Made by a program: the position numbers and the translations under genes. A DNA stretch of 64,000 nt from Eledone cirrhosa (taxonomy: Eukaryota): assembly GCA_964016885.1 (NCBI GenBank), contig OZ024742.1, forward strand, positions 338,830,001 through 338,894,000. The letters are read 5' to 3'. Below the pieces are notes generated by a model. It was not told the DNA's origin. It made no database searches and was given only the letters and a program-made list of their open reading frames with translations. Of the stretch, positions 56,007-64,000 are shown one piece after another (position 1 is the first letter of the stretch; the number at the start of each line of letters is the position of its first letter).

Positions 56007-56121
56007 ATACTTTAGGAGGTTCATGTTGCAAATAAAAACACACGCACCAGTTGATTTTCACTTCAATTTATTATAAATTTCCGCTTGGCTGGTTCGAAAA
56101 CCGGAAGGTTGTTTATATATT

Positions 56122-56164
56122 GTCAAAGCTCTTTCGTCACGCATTCTGTGACCTCCTCAGTGAC
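56122..56164 (-). ncRNA. Minimal type I hammerhead ribozyme
   Basis: Minus strand: GUCA-CUGAGGA-g-GUCAC-agaaugc-GUGAC-GAAA-GAGC-UU-UGAC, in the 3' pLTR of the PLE. Confidence 0.75.
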
Positions 56165-56399
56165 CTAGATTTTTATTTTGTGTGTCTCTACTTTACTCTG
56201 CCCTACGCCATCTTGTTTTTGTGTGTTGTGTGCTTAGTTTGCGCATGCGTTACAACCGGGTGAGTGTGTTTTTATTTATTTGTTTATATGTTTATTTACT
56301 TGTCACTAGTTGGTTGTTTGTTCTATCTGTGTGTGTATGATTTGTTTTGTTAGTTTGGTTTTTCTGTGTGTGTCTGTGTGTCTTCATTTTGTCCTTAAT

Positions 56400-57090
56400 T
56401 ATTAGTTGCGATGTTGCTATTCCACTCATGTTTTTTATTTAATTTTGGTTGAAGTTCGTTTATGTTTGTTGCTTCTGCGATTTGTCTGAGCATTGCCTCT
56501 TTTCTGTGTGTGGATATAGTTTTTATCTCTATGTTCTCTAAGGTGCCCCTATGTTCTATTTTGGCATGTTGGTGGAGTACCGAGGAGCTTTTCCCATCCT
56601 GGACTTCTCGCCAGTGTTCACTTATCCTTTCTCCTATGCTACGGGCTGTTTCACCAATGTATGTTATATTCTTATTCCTACACTGTCCTTCAGTACATCT
56701 TATGCTATATACTACGTTATGCAGTTTTGCAGTTAATTTGCGGGCCTAGCTTGCAAACTATGCATTTCCTATCAGCACAATGGGATCTTTGAAATGGGTA
56801 TGTTTTGCTAATTAGGGTTTTTATGGGAATACCTGGTCTTTCAACTATCTTAATATTTAATTTGAGCTTGTCTATGGCCCTTTTAAATCTACCATTTACA
56901 CTCTGGTATTTATTGCTATGATACCATTTGCATAATTTTCTACAATCTTTGCCCATTTGGTTCTGGTTCCTTTATATACCCTGATATTGTCTCTCTGATT
57001 GTAGCCAGAGAACTGCATGCGGTGGATGAAGTGTTGTATGTGTTTCTCTAATTTTTTGGGATTGTACATGCGGGACACGTTCTTCATCAC
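56400..57090 (-). pseudogene. PLE RT C-terminus and GIY-YIG endonuclease, disrupted
   Basis: MQFSGY; C..C..C linker; VVY..YIGET.R...R..EH; INKKHEW. Confidence 0.82.
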
Positions 57091-57454
57091 AAGTCCGCAA
57101 TCAGTATGTTGATTTTTATGTGGTCCGAAACCAACTAGCCAGCCAGCCAGAAATTTATAAATTGAAGTGAAAACCAACAGGTGCGTGTGTTTTTATTGGC
57201 AACAAACATGACCCTCCCAAAGTATTACAATACCTGTTTCAACACACGTTTTCAGATAATAAATCTCGCAAAACAAATTCAAAAATGAATTACACACACA
57301 CACACACGCACCCCCCCACACACATGTATATATTTATTTAATAAATAATAGTTGAAATGAACGAACAAAACACAGGAGGCAATTCATATACATATGAAAT
57401 TTATTATGAATTTCAATTTGTAATTTTCGCACTTTGAAACAGAATCCTGTTCTT

Positions 57455-57580
57455 TTGCGGCGAACAGAATTATATCTGGTGGCACGCAGAATTATGTCTG
57501 GTGGCACAGAATTATATCTGGTGGCGCACAGAACCATATCTGGTGGGACACAGAATTATATTTTGTGGCGCACAGAATTT
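57455..57580. repeat. ~21-bp tandem repeat
   Basis: cagaattatatctggtggca variants, about 5 copies. Confidence 0.85.
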
Positions 57581-57975
57581 AAACAAACGTTCTAGTCAAA
57601 TCCAAGCCATACGGAAATGGAACAGTGTCCTGTGGGCTGTGCATTGATGAAAGAGTGAATATCTTGCAGAAGTTACGTAACAGTATTCGCCTTAATACAA
57701 GAGCTAATATTTTAAACCGCTGTCCCCACGTTGCGAAGTAACTGTTACGTAACAGGTAAGGGCTGGGATAACCATAAATCTAACCCAGAATGAACTAAAC
57801 CAAAACGAAAATTGTCTCTCCCGCAACAGTCTAATTTGAGTTGTCTCCCTTGTCAACAAAGTACCGACTTCTGCAGAATCCAGTCAGCTCATATATACTT
57901 CCGCAGCCATGCACGTGTTGAAAATCTATCTGGTGAAACGCGCGTCCTTGGGTAGCGTTTGCTAATTTGTTGTAG

Positions 57976-58116
<141 letters not shown>

Positions 58117-58305
58117 TATCTAGGTAGTATGTATGTATGTATGTATGTATGTATGTATGTATGTATGTATGTATGTATGTATGTATGTAGGTAGGTAGAT
58201 ATATGTGTGTATGTATGTATGTATGTATGTATGTATGTATGTAGATGTGCTTATGTATGTATGTATGTATGTATGTATGTATGTATGTATGTATGTATGT
58301 ATGTA

Positions 58306-58763
58306 TGTCAAAGGGCAAAGGAGCTCTTAAGAGTCAATGGCCATCCAAAATCACCGGGAGAGATGACCCCTTAGCCTTTGTCAAGGCAGAATTCTAGAAG
58401 AAAAACTCTGATATAACACCTGCAACCCTGATGGTATCCAATGATGTTGACTTGTTCTTCTTTTTGGTAAATATCATCTTGGTTAAGAGAGTGGGACTGG
58501 CTTTGTGCAGTGCCTTTGCTCACTATAAAAGCTTCACGGCACAGGCATTGCTTTATATCTGGAGATCGCTCTGCACTTGTCGTCACATGGTACCATGGGC
58601 CCAGCACTATGTGTCAATAATTGTCACAAGTGTAGTGTTTGTACCTGAGTTTTCAAGTCGCTGGCTGGACTAAAAAGTCACACTCGTTCAGCGCATCGGT
58701 AGGGGTTCTCCTACATGGATATAAAGTAGTGGCCATACTCGAAAACGAGTTGGCAGCCACCAT
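58306..58763 (+). mobile_element. Non-autonomous RTE-like element, 5'-truncated, (ATGT)n tail
   Basis: Inverse of 59475-59925; no credible ORF. Confidence 0.65.
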
Positions 58764-58979
58764 GTATGTATGTAGGTATGTATGTACGTATGTATGATGT
58801 ATGTATGTTCATATGTATATATGTATATACATACATACATACATACGTATATACCTACATACATACACACATACATACACCCACCAACCAACCTACCTAC
58901 CTACCTACCTACCTACCTACCTACCTACCTACCTACCTATCTACATACATACATACATACATACATGCATGCATACATA

Positions 58980-59447
58980 CAAGGAGAATATTTATGCAGA
59001 ACTGATGAGAAATCTGCAGATACTCCACACTGATTACACCTTCAGATTTATGCCTGTGATTATTGGGGCACTGGGGTATGTTAGTAACTGCCTCAATACA
59101 AATCTTGCGAAGGTAGGCTTCACAGGAACAGAAAGAACACAACTAGTTAGGAAATTACAAGCACAATCCATTAATGGAACAGTAAAAATATGTAAAACAT
59201 TCCAAAAATCTGCATCTAATAATTGCATATACAAATGTACAGATACAAAGTATATACACATGCACACATACAACTCAAAACATACATATCCACACATACA
59301 ATAACATCCATATCTACACATGTAGACATGCATACATAATCTACCTAGTTGATGATGTATAAATTCCAATGAACGAGTCTTGTGTCTATGTTAGAAACCG
59401 ACTCTCTCTCTATTGGTAAACATTTGAGAAATTATAAAACCAGAAGA
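58980..59447 (+). mobile_element. RLE non-LTR retrotransposon 3' fragment inserted in (CATA)n
   Basis: KENIYAEL..MPVIIGALG..KICKTF RLE C-terminus and 3' UTR; catac on both flanks. Confidence 0.7.
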
Positions 59448-59474
59448 ACATACATACATGCATACATACATACA

Positions 59475-60074
59475 TGGTGGCTGCCAACTCGTTTTCAAGT
59501 ACGGCCACTACTTTATATCCATGTAGGAGAACCCCTACCGATGCGCTGAACGAGTGTGACTTTTTAGTCCAGCCAGCGACTTGAAAACTCTGGTACACTT
59601 GTGACAATTATTGACACATAGTGCTGGGCCCATGGTACCATGTGATGACAAGTGCAGAGAGATCTCCATATATAAAGCAATACCTGTGCCGTGAAGCTTT
59701 TATAGTGAGCAAAGGCACTGCACAAAGCCAGTCCCACTCTCTTAACCAAGATGATATTTACCAAAAAGAAGAACAAGTCAACATCATTGGATACCATCAG
59801 GGTTGCAGGTGTTATATCAGAGTTTTCCTTCTCCTAGAATTCTGCCTTGACAAAGACTAAATGGTTATCTATCCCGGTGATTTTGGATGGCCATTGACTC
59901 TTAAGAGCTCCTTTACCCTTTGACAGGTTTTGTTTTTAGTCCTGCAGGATGTCCAAAGTCACCCTCCTCACCAAGAAACCTTGGTGGGGTTGCCAGTTTA
60001 GTCGCCAACGACCCGACCACGAGACAGGTTGTACTGGGATACATGTTACCAGTAACACCAACTGGTGACCTGAC
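59475..60074 (-). mobile_element. Non-autonomous RTE-like element (~600 bp, longest copy)
   Basis: aggcagaattctaggagaaggaaaactctga resembles RTE 5' UTR motifs (recalled, not searched); (ATGT)n tail; 3 copies in window. Confidence 0.6.
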
Positions 60075-60968
<894 letters not shown>

Positions 60969-61168
60969 TAATTGTAATGAATTCTTTTACAATGAAATTA
61001 GCTCAAAGAAAGAAATATTTCTGAGCCGTGTAAAATATTTAAATATATATTTCTTTTGCAATATAAATACAGATATGTTGGTATTTGTGTTTCATCATAT
61101 ATATTAATATATATTTAACTATATATATATATATACACATACATACATAGATATATATATATATACAC

Positions 61169-61265
<97 letters not shown>

Positions 61266-61333
61266 ACATACATACATACATACATATATACATATATATA
61301 TATATACACATACATACATACATATATATATAC

Positions 61334-61414
<81 letters not shown>

Positions 61415-61449
61415 CATACACACACATATATATATATATACATACATAC

Positions 61450-61507
<58 letters not shown>

Positions 61508-61509
<2 letters not shown>

Positions 61510-61839
61510 GGTGGCTGCCAACTCCTTTTCGAGTACGGCCATCACTTTATATCCATGTAGGAGAACCCCAACCGATGCGCTGAACGAGTGTGACTTTTTA
61601 GTCTAGCCAGCAACTTGAAAACTCTGGTACAAACACTACACTTGTGACAATTATTGACACATAGTGCTGGGCCCATGGTACCATGTGACGACAAGGGCAG
61701 AGAGATCTCCAGATATAAAGCAATGCCTGTGCCGTGAAGCTTTTATAGTGAGGAAAGGCACTGCACAAAGCCAGTCCCACTCTCTTAACCAAGATGATAT
61801 TTACCAAAAGAAGAACAAGTCAACATCATTGGATACCAT
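61508..61839 (-). mobile_element. Third copy of the RTE-like non-autonomous element, 5'-truncated
   Basis: Matches 59475-59797. Confidence 0.7.
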
Positions 61840-61897
61840 ATATATATGTATGTATATATATATATATATGTATGTATGTGTATATATATATATATAC

Positions 61898-61928
<31 letters not shown>

Positions 61929-61929
61929 C

Positions 61930-61964
<35 letters not shown>

Positions 61965-62078
61965 CATACACATACATACACACACACATATATATATATA
62001 TACACATACATACATATACATATATATATATATATATATACACATACATATATATATATATATACACATACATACACA

Positions 62079-62160
<82 letters not shown>

Positions 62161-62195
62161 CATATATACATATACACACATATATACACATACAC

Positions 62196-62256
<61 letters not shown>

Positions 62257-62260
<4 letters not shown>

Positions 62261-62995
62261 AAAGTTTTATTTAAAATTGTTGGGATACAACAAGTAAATA
62301 TTTTTATAACTGATATAAAGCACTCGACAAATATTTGGAGTAGATATACGATATTAATAAATGGAAACTATATTTATAAAACCATATTTATTTCATTATA
62401 CATATTTCAGGGATACCAAATTAAATTATGGTATGCCTTCATCAGACAAAATACAATATATAACAGTTTTACAAATAAGCTTTGACGTACCCTTTTAAAA
62501 TGCAACCATTGTTTTTGGAAGCCATCCGGATAGTGATTTGTTTATATTACTTTAATAAGTCATAGTGTTAAGGACAATTAGAAAAGCAATATTCAATTGA
62601 ATAACTGTAACTGTAGAAATAAATCTAACTGTCCTTTAAATAACAACTGCTTAGCTAAACATGTAGTGTACAATTGTAATGTGAAAACTAATTTAAATTC
62701 ATTTAACTATGTTGGTTCTACCTCTACTGAATTTAAATTTCGCTTCAATAATCATAAAAATTCTTTCACAGATCCAAACAAAAAATCTTCAACTTCGCTA
62801 TCTAGCCTACTATGGGACCTAAAACGAGATAATGTTAAATATTCGATGACTTGGAATATTATTTCATAAGCTACTCCTTTTAATTCCTCTTCAGAAAATT
62901 GTGATCTTTGTATTGAAGAAATATTCTTTATATTAAAGTCCAAAAATTCCCTTAATTTAAGGAACAATTTATTCAGTTGCTGCAGACATAGATTG
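62257..62995 (+). mobile_element. 5'-truncated Naiad-like PLE: inverted pLTR (62257-62530) plus GIY-YIG remnant
   Basis: CNCRNKSNCPLNNNCL..VVY..YVGST..FKFRFNNH..CDLC..CCRH with a stop at 62869; the element may extend further right. Confidence 0.85.
62389..62453 (-). ncRNA. Type I hammerhead ribozyme
   Basis: Minus strand: UAUUUUGU-CUGAUGA-AGGCAUACCA...UGGUAUCCCU-GAAA-UAUGUA-UA-AUGAAAUA. Confidence 0.8.
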
Positions 62996-64000
62996 AACTC
63001 AACGTTTAAATATAAATATAAATTTAAAATGTAGTATAATTAATTAAGTAATTTAGTTAATATATAAAACCTGTCGATAAATCATTAGATTCCTTCACCT
63101 TTTTCTTTTTAAACTTTCTTCCTAAATATAAACATAGATATAATAAACTACTTTAAAATGTCTATACTTACAATATCTTAAATAAAATATACGTAGGATA
63201 AATTTCTATACTAAATATAAGGATATCTGTAGAATCCTTGGGTCTTTTAAATCTTTTAAATTTTTGAATTTAAAAAATTTTTGAAATTTTTTTTGAAATT
63301 TTTTGAAATTTTGAAATTTTGAAATTTTGAAATTTTGAAATTATATTGATATAATATTTATTTAACTTTTATTTTATTTATATTTTTTTATTTTTTTATT
63401 TATTTTTATTAGTTTTGCTTTGATTCTGATAGCTTCTCATAATTCTCATAAGTCTACCCTTTCAATATCTTGATTGAAATATAAGTAGGATAATTTCCTA
63501 TACTAAATATATGAAACATTATTTTAACTTAAGATACTCTATAGTGTTTTAAAGATATTTAATGCTTTGACATTTCTAGAATTCGTTTGTCCTTTTGACT
63601 ATATTGATATAGTTGTATTTCCAAAATATAATCCTTTGGTATTTTAAATTTATATTGGTATAATTATATTTCCAAAGTATAATCCTTAGTAATATATTGA
63701 TATTTGATTATCTCTATACAAATGTCTATGTGTGTATTAACATGCATATAAAAGTGTTATAGGTTTTTTATGATTGTATATATGTCTGTATGTATACATG
63801 AGTGATGCGTGAAGACGCACGCAGATATTTATTTATACATATATAGGTGTATATGTATATGTGTGTGTGTATGTATGTGTGTGGGTAAGAGTTATGTTGC
63901 ATAACCACGCAGTTTGGATTGCAGATATGCATAATTTTAACAAAATGCTAAATGCATGAATGGTAATCATATATATGAAGACATGAATGTTAATCGTATA

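Larger units (their letters stand above)
56001..57231 (-). mobile_element. 5'-truncated Penelope-like element with imperfect inverted ends
   Basis: GIY-YIG NVVYSIRC..YIGETARSIGERISEH; 56001-56095 inverted at ~57132-57231; related end at 52293-52380. Confidence 0.85.

Noticed and set aside
57871-57946. cugcaga...GAAA-CGCGCG-UC hammerhead-like motif
   Set aside because: A6 is mutated and there is no convincing stem I; relic at best.

Overview
This is repeat-saturated, AT-rich eukaryotic DNA. The SINE types and microsatellite load suggest a cephalopod such as Octopus, but that is inference. I see no supportable host protein-coding gene: nearly all long ORFs in the track are translations of tandem repeats. 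1-19 kb is a 3-copy macro-tandem of [57-bp minisatellite + ~980-bp spacer + cryptic (GTT)n]. 19-29 kb is microsatellites, a 33-bp minisatellite, Penelope-like (PLE) remnants, a Helitron, an RTE 3' end and a SINE. 29-46 kb holds two near full-length decayed L1/Tx1 LINEs and two R4/Dong fragments inside one (TAA)n tract, plus two more R4/Dong copies downstream. 46-64 kb holds SINEs, three PLE (GIY-YIG) remnants with inverted pLTRs, a Helitron with 297-bp internal repeats and a non-autonomous RTE-like family. The main signal the ORF track misses is about 13 type I hammerhead ribozyme motifs on both strands, plus degenerate ones. Five divergent versions share a C-C mismatch at stem II position 4 with compensatory changes around it. 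One motif lies in an ORF-less ~445-bp tandem unit resembling a retrozyme, and one lies in each macro-repeat unit. All structures were paired by eye; none was folded computationally or tested.
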